Source: an uncultured Spirochaetales bacterium (GTDB lineage: Bacteria > Myxococcota_A > UBA9160 > SMWR01). From it: 64,000 bases of DNA. The translations under genes and the position numbers were made by a program. This document shows positions 18,203 to 27,177 of this stretch, piece by piece; the first letter of the stretch is position 1, and every line of letters starts with the position of its first letter. The notes under the pieces are model-generated. The model was given only the letters and a program-made list of their open reading frames with translations, did not search any database and was not told where the DNA came from. The DNA lies in NCBI GenBank assembly GCA_964624475.1, contig CAZUYC010000136.1, forward strand, positions 4,040 to 68,039, given 5' to 3'.

Positions 18203-20446
18203 ATGCTATCGATGCCGGGGGCCCTGGACCCGCGACGGTCGGAGGCGGTCGTGTTCCGAGCGGGCATGGTCACCCTCTCGCGCGCCCTCGCTCGGGAACG
18301 AGCGGGGGGCGCAGCCCTGCTCGCCTTGTGCGCGCTCGTCGCCGGCTTCTGGGTCTTCCGCCTGGTGATCTCGGCGCAACCCGTCGAATCCGACATCCAC
18401 GGCTACTATCATCCGCTCTACCTCGCGACGTGGGGTCTCGGGAGCCCGTCGACGTGGAATCCGTACCAGCTCTGCGGCGTCCCCTGGCTCGCGCCGATCG
18501 GCGCAGCGACGCTCTACCCGCCCCACCTCCTCTACGCGCTGCTCCCCACCCACGTGGCGATGGCCGCGTCGATGGTTCTGCACCTGATGCTCGCGGCCAC
18601 CTCGCTGGCGATCCTCGCGCGCGCGATCGGCCTCGGCTGGGCGCCCGCGATCCTCGCGGGCGCCCTCGCCAGCATGCGCGGCCGCTTGCCCGGGCACGGC
18701 CCGCACCCGAACATGCTCGAAACCGGAGCCTGGCTCTTCGCGGGAGCGGCCGCGGTGTGGGCGCTCGCGCGCCATCCCCGACCGCTCTCGATCCTGCTCG
18801 TCGCCGCGTGCAGCGCGGCGAGCATCCTGGCGGGCTACGTCCAGTACACGACCTACAGCATCCTCGCCTGGGCCGGGCTCCTCGGCGCCTTCTTGCTGGC
18901 CGAGCGCGCCTCGCGAGCCGCCTGGCTGCGCGCCGGCGGCGGCTTCGCCGTCGCCGGCGGCCTCGGTGCGCTGATCGCCGCAGCACAGCTCCTGCCCGCC
19001 CATGAGCTCGCCGGCCAGGCGACGCGAGGTCTGGGCCCGCTCGCCCGGGCCGAGGTCTATTCCTTCGGACCCCCCGGTTCGACGATCCGCGCGGCCCTCG
19101 AGCGGCTCTTCGTGATCGATGGCGGCGATCTCGCGCTCTCCGTCGGCGTGGTGAGCCTCCTGCTCGTGCCGCTCGGCATCGTCCTCCCGGGCCGGCGCCG
19201 GCTCGCGATCGCCGCCGTCGCGATCGGGCTCGCCGCGCTCCTCGTCGCGCTCGGACCGCTGACTCCGCTCTTCGAGCTGCAGCGTCGGCTGCCCCCCTTC
19301 TGGGGCTTCCGGCATCCCGACCGCACGATGATCGTGCTCGACCTCTGCGTCGCGATCGCCGCCGCCCTCGGCCTGGAGTCGCTTCGGCGCGCCCTCGCGA
19401 AGCGCCTCGGCGCGCGCGCGGCCGCGCTCGCCACGGCGGCCGTGCTGTGCGCGGCCCTCGCAGAGCTCTTCGCCGCCTCTCCCGAGCGCTACCGCCCGTC
19501 CTACTCGACGGCGGGCTACGCGGCCGTCTTCGAGGCCGAGCATCCGCTCTTCGCGCGGGTGCGGGAGGGTGGGAATCGCGTCTTCCTGTGGAACCCCGGC
19601 AAGCAGCTCCCGGCGAAGCTCGGCTCCGTCTTCGGCCTGCGCGTCGTCGACGACTACGAGCCGATGAGCCCGCTGCGCCAGGCTCGCTACTTCACCTTCT
19701 TCGCCCTGGGTCGCCCCGACCGAAGTCCCCGCGAGCGGCAGCCCTACCACGGCCGCCTCCGCCTCCCGCGCGACGCAAAGGCGGCGCGCGAGCTCGCGTC
19801 GCGCCAGCGCCTGCTCGACCTCGCCGCCGTGCGCTTCGTGCTCGCGCACGAGAAGGCGGCGGCATCGCGCGTCTTTCGGGAGTACGCGAGCGCTGCCGGT
19901 CTCGAACGGGTCGCCGCCGAGCGGCACCTCGTGCTCTTCGAGAGCCCGCGCGCACTGCCCCGCGCCTTCGTCACCTACCGCTGGCTCGCGGCCCCCGAGC
20001 CCCCGGAGCTCCTCGCCGCGCTCGCCGCGGCCGACTTCGACCCGTTGGCGGCGAGCTACCTCGAGACGGAGGGGCAGGACGGCGGCGCGGAGGCTCCCGC
20101 GAGCGGCTCGCCCGCGGCGCCGCCGCGCGGGCGGGCGGCGGAGATCCTGCGCGACGAGCCCGCGCGGGTCGAGATCGACGCGGAGCTCGCCGCGCCCGGA
20201 CTCCTCGTGCTCGCCGACGCCTTCTATCCGGGCTGGCGCGCCAGCGTCGACGGGGAGCCGGCGTCGATCCGGCCGGCGAATCACCTCTTCCGCGGCGTCG
20301 CGCTGCCGCGCGGGCGCCACCGCGTCGTCTTCGAGTACGCGCCGGCGAGCCTGCGGATCGGCGCCGCGGCCAGCGCGGCCGGCCTCGCCGTGGCGCTGCT
20401 GCTCGCATGGCGCGCGCGGCGCGCCGCCCGCTCAGCTCCTGCGTGA
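18203..20446 (+). CDS. YfhO-family polytopic membrane protein (GT-C-like glycosyltransferase candidate)
   Basis: This is the 3' part of track ORF 16667..20446, starting at ATG 18203. It has more than 10 helices. The YfhO-type C-terminus is FYPGWRASVDGEPASIRPANHLFRGVALPRGRHRVVFEY followed by a final helix. Confidence 0.8.
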   Translation: MLSMPGALDPRRSEAVVFRAGMVTLSRALARERAGGAALLALCALVAGFWVFRLVISAQPVESDIHGYYHPLYLATWGLGSPSTWNPYQLCGVPWLAPIGAATLYPPHLLYALLPTHVAMAASMVLHLMLAATSLAILARAIGLGWAPAILAGALASMRGRLPGHGPHPNMLETGAWLFAGAAAVWALARHPRPLSILLVAACSAASILAGYVQYTTYSILAWAGLLGAFLLAERASRAAWLRAGGGFAVAGGLGALIAAAQLLPAHELAGQATRGLGPLARAEVYSFGPPGSTIRAALERLFVIDGGDLALSVGVVSLLLVPLGIVLPGRRRLAIAAVAIGLAALLVALGPLTPLFELQRRLPPFWGFRHPDRTMIVLDLCVAIAAALGLESLRRALAKRLGARAAALATAAVLCAALAELFAASPERYRPSYSTAGYAAVFEAEHPLFARVREGGNRVFLWNPGKQLPAKLGSVFGLRVVDDYEPMSPLRQARYFTFFALGRPDRSPRERQPYHGRLRLPRDAKAARELASRQRLLDLAAVRFVLAHEKAAASRVFREYASAAGLERVAAERHLVLFESPRALPRAFVTYRWLAAPEPPELLAALAAADFDPLAASYLETEGQDGGAEAPASGSPAAPPRGRAAEILRDEPARVEIDAELAAPGLLVLADAFYPGWRASVDGEPASIRPANHLFRGVALPRGRHRVVFEYAPASLRIGAAASAAGLAVALLLAWRARRAARSAPA

Positions 20447-22675
20447 GCGCGCGAGCACGGCCGCGACGGCGGCGAGTGAGAGCAGCGAGAGGGCGACTCC
20501 GACCCGGAAGCTGCGCGGGCGGTACTCGAAGACGACGCGGTGTCGACCCGCTGGGATCGCCACGGCGCGGTGCAGTCCGTTCGCGAGCAGGATCTCGGCG
20601 CGCTCGCCGTCGACGCGCGCCTCCCAGCCGGGGTAGTGGCTGTCGGTGAGGACGAGCAGCGCGTCCGCCGCGGCCTCCGCCTCGACCACGACCCGCTCGG
20701 GGCGATCCTCGACGATTCGCGACGCGTGCGCCGCGGCGCCGTCCGCCTCGCGCGACGGGAAGCCGGGGTCCCGATCGAGGATCACGACGCGCCGGAAGTC
20801 GAGGTCCCCTCGCGCCACGTGCTCGAACGCGGCGCCTCGGTCCGCGATCCGGTAGCGATCGATGACGAAGGCTCGGGGCAGCGCGTCGTCGTTCGAAACG
20901 GCGCGCACCGCGTGCGCAGCTCCCGGCAGGATCAGGCGCCGCACGCTCATCACGTCGTAGAAGGTCGGATGGGTCTCGGGATCGAGCCCGACCAGGGTCG
21001 CGCCCCGGCTGATCCGGCCGGTGAGCCGGCGGTGGAGCTCGGCCCACTGCACCGGGATCAGTGGCTCGTAGCACGAGGCGCGGCGCAGGCCCGCGGAGGG
21101 TCCAGCGCCGACGGCGGGAGCGAAGCCGACGAGCTCGAGGCGGTCGCTACCCGCCTTCGCGCGCTGCGCGTCGAGCTGCTCCGGAGCCAGGGAGACCCGA
21201 TCGGTGTGGAAGCGGTGCGCGAGCTCGACGGGGATCCGCCGGAGCGAGCCGGTCGGGCGCGTGGCGAGCGCCAGGTCCGCCGCCACGAAGAGCGCCAGCA
21301 CCGGTCCGGCGGCGGTGCGCAGCCAGCGGATCCGCGAGCCGAGGGCGAGCAGCAGCACGAGGGCCGGGGGCAGCCGCCACAGCGCAGCGGCGTGGCCCGT
21401 CCAGAGCATTCCGAGCCCGACGCCCGCGGCGGCGCAGAGCGCGCTCGCCCAGAGCCAACGTCTCCGCGCCGGGGGGCTCGGCGCTTCGAGGGCGACGAGC
21501 CCGATCGCCGCCAGCCCGCTGGCGCAGAAGAAGGCGACGAAGCGAAGGCGCTCGGGCGAGCGCAAGCTCCCGACGAAGGGAAGCCGCGCGTAGGCCTCGT
21601 AGAGCGGGCGCGCGGGGCCCAGATACCCGTCCGAGAGGAGCAGCGCGGCAGCGCCCGCCGCGAGCAGCAGCCAGGTCCGCGGATCCCGCCATGCCAGCAC
21701 GGGGGCGACCGCGAGCGCCAGCAGCATCGCCGTCCCCAGGTAGCCCCTCGCGCCGTGCTCGTAGACGATCTCGCCCCGCGAGGGGTCGAAGACGCTGGCC
21801 AGCATCGCGCCGCTGTGGGGAAACGCAAAGAAGTTGAGGTAGTGCACCTCGGCGGGCAGCAGCACGCGGGATCGGACGCTCTCGGCGACGAGCTCGAGGG
21901 TCGGCGCGAGCTGCACTCCCGCCACGCCGACACCCGCCAGGATCGCTGCGCCCAGCACCGTTGCGCTCACCGCCGCCCGCCTCCAGCCGTGCGAGCCCGC
22001 GCGCGCCTGCACGCAAAGCCGAACGATCGCGTAGGGAGCGACGAGGAAATAGGTGTACAGGACGTACTGCGGGAATCCCGCCAGGATCTGGACCGCGCAG
22101 CCGAGCGCCAACCCCGCCCACCAGCGCGGGTCGGGCGCGCGGCAGAGCTTCTCGACGCACAAGAGGATCCAGGGCAGCCAGACGACCGAAGCCGCGGCGG
22201 GCGGCCACAGGATCTGCCCGAGGCAGCACTTGAAGACGAAGAGGAGCGCGCAGCAGGCGGCGCTGAAGGGGCCGCAACCCCAGCTCCGGAACAGCCACCA
22301 GGCGAAGGTCGCCCCGAGCGCGCAATGGAGGAACGCGAGCACGGAGAGCGCTACGTGCGCGGGAGCGACGAGGGCGAGCCAGTTGCCCGGATAGAAGACT
22401 CCCGCCTGCAGCGTCGCGAGCAGCGGGATGCCGCTGCAGCTCTCGGGGTTCCAGAGCGGGATCTCTCCGGCGGCGAGGCGGCGCGCCATGCGCTCGATCG
22501 TCCCCACGTAGTAGTTCACGAGGTCGCCCTGGCGGGCGATGCCGACGACGCGCTTCGACGTCGCGGTCCCCGGTGGGGCGTTGAAGCGCAGCCAGAGAAC
22601 CCAGGTCGCGCCGACCAGGAACGCGACGGGCAGCGCCGCGCCGATCCAGCTCGCGAACGCCCCGCGTCGGGTCAC
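20432..22675 (-). CDS. YfhO-family polytopic membrane protein, paralog
   Basis: This is the 3' part of track ORF 20432..23509. GTG 22675 overlaps the upstream stop (GTGA). The C-terminus HYPGWEARVDGERAEILLANGLHRAVAIPAGRHRVVFEY is paralogous to that of 18203..20446. Confidence 0.8.
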   Translation of the reverse strand: MTRRGAFASWIGAALPVAFLVGATWVLWLRFNAPPGTATSKRVVGIARQGDLVNYYVGTIERMARRLAAGEIPLWNPESCSGIPLLATLQAGVFYPGNWLALVAPAHVALSVLAFLHCALGATFAWWLFRSWGCGPFSAACCALLFVFKCCLGQILWPPAAASVVWLPWILLCVEKLCRAPDPRWWAGLALGCAVQILAGFPQYVLYTYFLVAPYAIVRLCVQARAGSHGWRRAAVSATVLGAAILAGVGVAGVQLAPTLELVAESVRSRVLLPAEVHYLNFFAFPHSGAMLASVFDPSRGEIVYEHGARGYLGTAMLLALAVAPVLAWRDPRTWLLLAAGAAALLLSDGYLGPARPLYEAYARLPFVGSLRSPERLRFVAFFCASGLAAIGLVALEAPSPPARRRWLWASALCAAAGVGLGMLWTGHAAALWRLPPALVLLLALGSRIRWLRTAAGPVLALFVAADLALATRPTGSLRRIPVELAHRFHTDRVSLAPEQLDAQRAKAGSDRLELVGFAPAVGAGPSAGLRRASCYEPLIPVQWAELHRRLTGRISRGATLVGLDPETHPTFYDVMSVRRLILPGAAHAVRAVSNDDALPRAFVIDRYRIADRGAAFEHVARGDLDFRRVVILDRDPGFPSREADGAAAHASRIVEDRPERVVVEAEAAADALLVLTDSHYPGWEARVDGERAEILLANGLHRAVAIPAGRHRVVFEYRPRSFRVGVALSLLSLAAVAAVLARSRRS

Positions 22676-23523
22676 GGCGAGCGCCGGACCGCCGCGACCG
22701 TCACCACGTCGAAGAGATTCACCGCCACCTCGCGGCCCGCGCCGGGCCAGCGCGCGGGGCCGGCCGCCGCGCGGCCGAGGAGCGTCTTGCGCAGCCGCTC
22801 GACCAGGTAGCCGATCGGGTAGAGCGAGGCCTCGGCTCGCATCGACTCGACCCGCAGGCCGTGCGCGCCGAGAAGCCGGCGGAGGCTCCGGCGGGTGAAG
22901 AAGAAGAGGTGCTCCGGGATCGAATACAGGTGCCAGCGCGGGCCCGAGAGGCGCGCCACCACGCTGCCGACGTCGCCGGTCGTGAGCACGAGCCGTCCAC
23001 CGGGGCGCAGGCAGGCGCTCGCGGTCGCGACGGCGGCGTGCGGGTCGGGCAGGTGCTCGAGCACGTCCCAGAGCGTCACGGCGTCGAAAGCCGCCGCGGC
23101 GAAGGGAAGCGCCGCCGCGTCCGCGATCACGACCCGGCCCCCGCTCGCGCTCGCGGCGCGGCGCGCCCCCGCGGCGGAGATCTCGACGCCGAAGGCCCGC
23201 CACCCCGCCGCGCGCGCCTCCGCGACGGCGAAGCCGTAGGCGGCCCCGACGTCGAGCAGCCGCGCTCCCGGCGCGGGGGCACCGAGGCGCGCCACGCGGC
23301 GCGCGAAGTTCCGGCGCAGGGCGGGCTCGAGCGCCCCGTAGTCGTCGTAGCCGCGCGCGGCGGAGGGGTCCGCGAAGTAGCTGGCGTCGTAGCTGGAACG
23401 CGGATCGAAGCCGGGCGGCGGCCGCCAGAAGCGCACGCCGCAGTCCGCACACTCCGCGATCGCGACGCCGCCGGCGCGGAGGCGTTCGTGGCACCCGCCC
23501 CCGCCGCACACGGGGCAGCTCAT
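22672..23523 (-). CDS. Class I SAM-dependent methyltransferase with N-terminal Cys4 zinc ribbon
   Basis: This is the 3' part of track ORF 22672..24690. It starts MSCPVCGGGGCHE...CADCG. The SAM motif I is LLDVGAAYGF, followed by TLWDVLEHLPDP. Confidence 0.85.
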   Translation of the reverse strand: MSCPVCGGGGCHERLRAGGVAIAECADCGVRFWRPPPGFDPRSSYDASYFADPSAARGYDDYGALEPALRRNFARRVARLGAPAPGARLLDVGAAYGFAVAEARAAGWRAFGVEISAAGARRAASASGGRVVIADAAALPFAAAAFDAVTLWDVLEHLPDPHAAVATASACLRPGGRLVLTTGDVGSVVARLSGPRWHLYSIPEHLFFFTRRSLRRLLGAHGLRVESMRAEASLYPIGYLVERLRKTLLGRAAAGPARWPGAGREVAVNLFDVVTVAAVRRSP

Positions 23524-24479
23524 GGGGCGTCGATGCCCCGCACGGAGTCGATCACGTAGCGCGGCCGGCGCTTCACCTCCTCGTAGGTCCGACCGACGTA
23601 CTCGCTCACGATCCCGAGCGAGAGCAGCTGCACGCCGCCGAAGAGGAGAAGCAGCACCACGATCGAGGTGAGCCCGGGCTCTTCCACGCGCCCCGCGAAG
23701 AAGGCGACGAGCCAGTAGAGCCCGTAGGCGAGCCCCGCGAGCGTCGTCGCGACGCCGAGGAGCGTGATCAGGCGCAGCGGGAGCACCGAGAACGCCACGA
23801 TCCCGTCGAGGGCGAGCCGCAGCATCGGCGAGAGGCGGTACTTGCTGCGACCCGCGAAGCGGGCGCCCACCTCGTACTCCTCGGCCTCCTCGCGGAAGCC
23901 GAGCCAGGGGACGAGGCCGCGGACGAAGACGAAGTGCTCGTCGAAGCGGTTGAAGGCGTCGACGACGCGGCGGTCGAGGAGCCGGAAGTCGGCGCCGGCC
24001 GGCTGGATCGGGACGCGCGAGAGCCGATTGATGGCGCGGTAGAAGGCGCGCCCGAGCCGCTCCTTGGCTCCCCGCCGCGACCCGGGTGGGAGGCGGCGTC
24101 GCGTGTGCACCACGTCGGCGCCGCCCTGCCATGCCTCGAGCAGGCGCGGCAGCAGCTCGGGTGGGTGTTGCAGGTCGCCGTCCATCGTGACGACGAGATC
24201 GCCCCGCGCGTAGCGCAGGCCGGCCGCAAGCGCCGCCTGGTGGCCGAAGCTGCGCGTGAAGCGGATCGTACACACGCGCGGGTCGACGGCCCGGAGCGCC
24301 GCGATCCGCTCCGGGGTGCGGTCGCGGCTCCCGTCGTCGACGAAGAGGAGCTCGTAGCGCGCGCCCGCTCCGGCGAGGGCGTCGCGCACGCGCCGCGCGA
24401 GCTCGTCGATGCAGCCCTCCTCGTCGAGCACGGGGACCACGACCGAGACCAGGGGGTTCGCGGGACGGGCCGCGGTCAC
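23520..24479 (-). CDS. GT2 polyprenyl-phosphate glycosyltransferase (GtrB/ArnC/CsbB-like)
   Basis: This is the 3' part of track ORF 23520..25643. It has VSVVVPVLDEEG, FVDDGSRDRT and VTMDGDLQHPPE, plus two C-terminal helices as in GtrB-type enzymes. Confidence 0.9.
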   Translation of the reverse strand: MTAARPANPLVSVVVPVLDEEGCIDELARRVRDALAGAGARYELLFVDDGSRDRTPERIAALRAVDPRVCTIRFTRSFGHQAALAAGLRYARGDLVVTMDGDLQHPPELLPRLLEAWQGGADVVHTRRRLPPGSRRGAKERLGRAFYRAINRLSRVPIQPAGADFRLLDRRVVDAFNRFDEHFVFVRGLVPWLGFREEAEEYEVGARFAGRSKYRLSPMLRLALDGIVAFSVLPLRLITLLGVATTLAGLAYGLYWLVAFFAGRVEEPGLTSIVVLLLLFGGVQLLSLGIVSEYVGRTYEEVKRRPRYVIDSVRGIDAP

Positions 24480-25870
24480 GGGACGGGCAGCCGCCTCCGC
24501 ACCTTCCGCTCGGCCTCCACCCGGACCGAGCGCAGGCCGAAGAAGCGCGCGAAGCCCTGATTCGCCCAGTGATCGGCGTCCGGCATGAGCTCGAGCACGG
24601 CGAGCAGCTGCGGGGGCGGCGGAAGGCGCGGCACGACCAGGGTCGAGGCGCCGTTGCGCCCGGCGCGCCATGCCAGCGCATGGCGCGCAACGAGGGCCCG
24701 GTGCCAGGCGGGCACGCGCTGCGTCAGATCCGCCATCGCCGTCGGAGCGTTGCCGGTCAGCAGGAGCGCCGCAGCGAGCGTCGCGAGCGACGCCCAACGC
24801 GCGACGAGCCCGATGGTGGCCGGAAGCGGCCGGGCGTCCGCCGCGCGCCGCGTCCACACGAAGACGCTGAGCAGCCAGCCGATGGCGAAGATCGCGTAGT
24901 TCGTGTCGACGACGCGCTCGGGCACCCAGTCTCCGGTGGCCCAGCGCGGTGCGAAGAGCGCCGCCGCGAGGATCGCGAGCCACGCGGCCGGGATGATCCC
25001 GCGCCACGGGATGCCGCGCCACCCGAGCCACGCGGGTCGCAGCCGCGCGAGCCCCGGGTGGACCGCGAGCAGGCAGGTGGCGGCCAGCAGCTTGGGGTCG
25101 AGGATCCAGGCGCGCGCGTGCGTCGCGACGTCGCGCGCGAACCAGCCGAGCGCGTTCGCGACGTCGCGGGCGCCCAGGAAGTGTCTCCCGCGCAGCTCGT
25201 TGCCCGGAGCCAGCAGGACGACGAGGAGGCCGCCCGCGGCGCACACCAGCGCGCCGACCCAGAGGGGAAGGGTCTGGCTCCCGACCCTCCAGGCCACGGC
25301 GCCCCCCACCCCCAGCACGAGGAGCGCGGCGAGCCCCACGAGCTCGTGGAGCCCCGGGATGCAGAACGCGAGGAGCCAGGCGGCGACGCCCCGACCGAGC
25401 CAGCCCGCGATCCGCGCGCGCGGCGTCAGCGGGCGTGCGAGCAGCGCGACCAGGAAGATGCAGAGCGTGACGCTCAGCTGATACGCGACGGCGCCGGAGA
25501 ACCAGTAGACGGTCTCCGCCGGCGAGGGCCGCGCCGCGAAGAGCAAGGCGAAGAGCCCGAGCGCGAAGCCGAGCACCGCCAGGCGCGACGGCTCTGCGCC
25601 GAGCACCATCCGCACCAGCGCATGGAGCCCGGCGAGCTGGCACGCGAGCAGCCCGCCGATCAGCCAGGGATAGCTCCGCGTCGGATCGCCCGAGGCGAGC
25701 AGCGCGGCGATCAGTCCGTGGCCGAGCCAGCGGCCGGACCAGATCGCGTAGACGTGTCGCGCATAGCCCCAGAAGCCGCGCTCCCGGCCCTCGACGGCGA
25801 GGACGAAGTCGTCGGCCTGGGGCAGGGCGAAGGCCACCAGCGAGGCGGCGAGGACCACGACCACCGCCAC
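24476..25870 (-). CDS. Polytopic membrane protein (possible serotype-type GT-C transferase)
   Basis: This is the 3' part of track ORF 24476..26284. It has more than 10 hydrophobic helices and no motif I can name. Its stop overlaps the GT2 start (GTGA). The first in-frame canonical start after the cofH stop is GTG 25870, and the start is uncertain up to 25927. Confidence 0.6.
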   Translation of the reverse strand: MAVVVVLAASLVAFALPQADDFVLAVEGRERGFWGYARHVYAIWSGRWLGHGLIAALLASGDPTRSYPWLIGGLLACQLAGLHALVRMVLGAEPSRLAVLGFALGLFALLFAARPSPAETVYWFSGAVAYQLSVTLCIFLVALLARPLTPRARIAGWLGRGVAAWLLAFCIPGLHELVGLAALLVLGVGGAVAWRVGSQTLPLWVGALVCAAGGLLVVLLAPGNELRGRHFLGARDVANALGWFARDVATHARAWILDPKLLAATCLLAVHPGLARLRPAWLGWRGIPWRGIIPAAWLAILAAALFAPRWATGDWVPERVVDTNYAIFAIGWLLSVFVWTRRAADARPLPATIGLVARWASLATLAAALLLTGNAPTAMADLTQRVPAWHRALVARHALAWRAGRNGASTLVVPRLPPPPQLLAVLELMPDADHWANQGFARFFGLRSVRVEAERKVRRRLPVP

Positions 25871-25923
25871 CGCGAGGAACGCCGCGCCGAGCAGCGCCGC
25901 GTCGAGGACGCGCCGCGCGGCCG

Positions 25924-27177
25924 CTACCCCGTCGCGGCGCCCGCGGTGCGGCGCGCGGAGCGCTCCTCGGCGAGGCGCCAGCGCGTCGGGCCGGAGAGCT
26001 CGCGCGCGGGCTTCGGCTCGAGCGAGGGCGGGTCCTGCGCCGGGTCGTCGAAGCGGCGCAGCACGCGGTAGGTGGTGCTGCGCTCGACGGGGGTGCGGCC
26101 GATCTCGCGGCAGAGCCGGCGCATGTCCTCGGCGGGGAGGTTCTCGCCGAAGTGCGAGCCGGACTCGCGGCTGATCGACTCCTCCATCAGCGTGCCGCCG
26201 AAGTCGTTGGCGCCGGACATGAGGCCCATCTGCGCGAGCTTCGGGCCCATCTTGACCCAGGAGACCTGGACGTTCGTGATCCACGGGCGCAGCACGAGGC
26301 GCGCCACGGCGACGAGGCGCAGGTCCTCGGGCGCCGAGGAGCCGGGCCGCGCGCCGAGGTGGTTGAAGAGGATGTTGCGCTCGTGGATGAAGCCGAGCGG
26401 AACGAACTCGGTGAAGCCGCCCGTGCGCTTCTGCATCTCGCGCAGGAGCGCCAGGTGCTCGGCCACGTGGCGCGCGCTCTCGATGTGCCCGTACATGAGG
26501 GTCGAGGTCGAGGGCAGCCCGATCGAGTGGGCCGAGCTCACGATCTCGATCCAGCGCTGCTTGCGGATCTTGTTCGGCGAGACGACCTGGCGCACGGAGT
26601 CGTCGAGGATCTCCGCGGCGGTGCCCGGCATGGTGCCGAGGCCCGCGGCGACGAGCGCACGCTGGAGCTCCGCGAGGGGCATGCCGCCGCTCTTGCGCTG
26701 CGCGAAATCCTGCTCCTCCGGCGAGAAGGCGTGGATGTGGAGGTCCGGGAAGGCGCCCTTCAGCGTGGTCAGGATCTCGAGGTAGTGCGTGTGGTCCTTG
26801 TTCGGGTGGATCCCGCCCTGGATGCAGAGCTCCGTCGCGCCGCGCGCCACCGCGTCCTTCGCCTTCGCGAGCATCACCTCCATCGGGTGGTCGTAGGCGT
26901 CGGCGTCGTCCTTGTGGCGCGAGAAGCCGCAGAAGGAGCAGCCCACGTAGCAGACGTTCGTGAAGTTGATGTTGCGGTTCACGACGAAGGAGACGTCGTC
27001 GCCGCGGTCCTCGCGCCGCGCGACGTCGGCCGTGCGCAGGAGCGCGTGGAGGTCGGGGCCGGTGGCTCCGAGCAGGAGCTCCGCCTCGTCGACCCCGAGC
27101 TCGCGGCCGTCGAGGCAGGCGTCGAGGATCCGGGCCACGCGGGGATCGACCTCGGCGAACAGGCGTTCGAGACTCAT
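25924..27177 (-). CDS. cofH: FO synthase subunit 2 CofH (radical SAM)
   Basis: This is the 3' part of track ORF 25924..27369. It has VNRNINFTNVCYVGCSFCGF and GGTLMEESISRE. It is adjacent to and overlaps (ATGA) a CofG-type gene. CofH versus MqnC/MqnE cannot be fully separated by eye. Confidence 0.8.
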   Translation of the reverse strand: MSLERLFAEVDPRVARILDACLDGRELGVDEAELLLGATGPDLHALLRTADVARREDRGDDVSFVVNRNINFTNVCYVGCSFCGFSRHKDDADAYDHPMEVMLAKAKDAVARGATELCIQGGIHPNKDHTHYLEILTTLKGAFPDLHIHAFSPEEQDFAQRKSGGMPLAELQRALVAAGLGTMPGTAAEILDDSVRQVVSPNKIRKQRWIEIVSSAHSIGLPSTSTLMYGHIESARHVAEHLALLREMQKRTGGFTEFVPLGFIHERNILFNHLGARPGSSAPEDLRLVAVARLVLRPWITNVQVSWVKMGPKLAQMGLMSGANDFGGTLMEESISRESGSHFGENLPAEDMRRLCREIGRTPVERSTTYRVLRRFDDPAQDPPSLEPKPARELSGPTRWRLAEERSARRTAGAATG

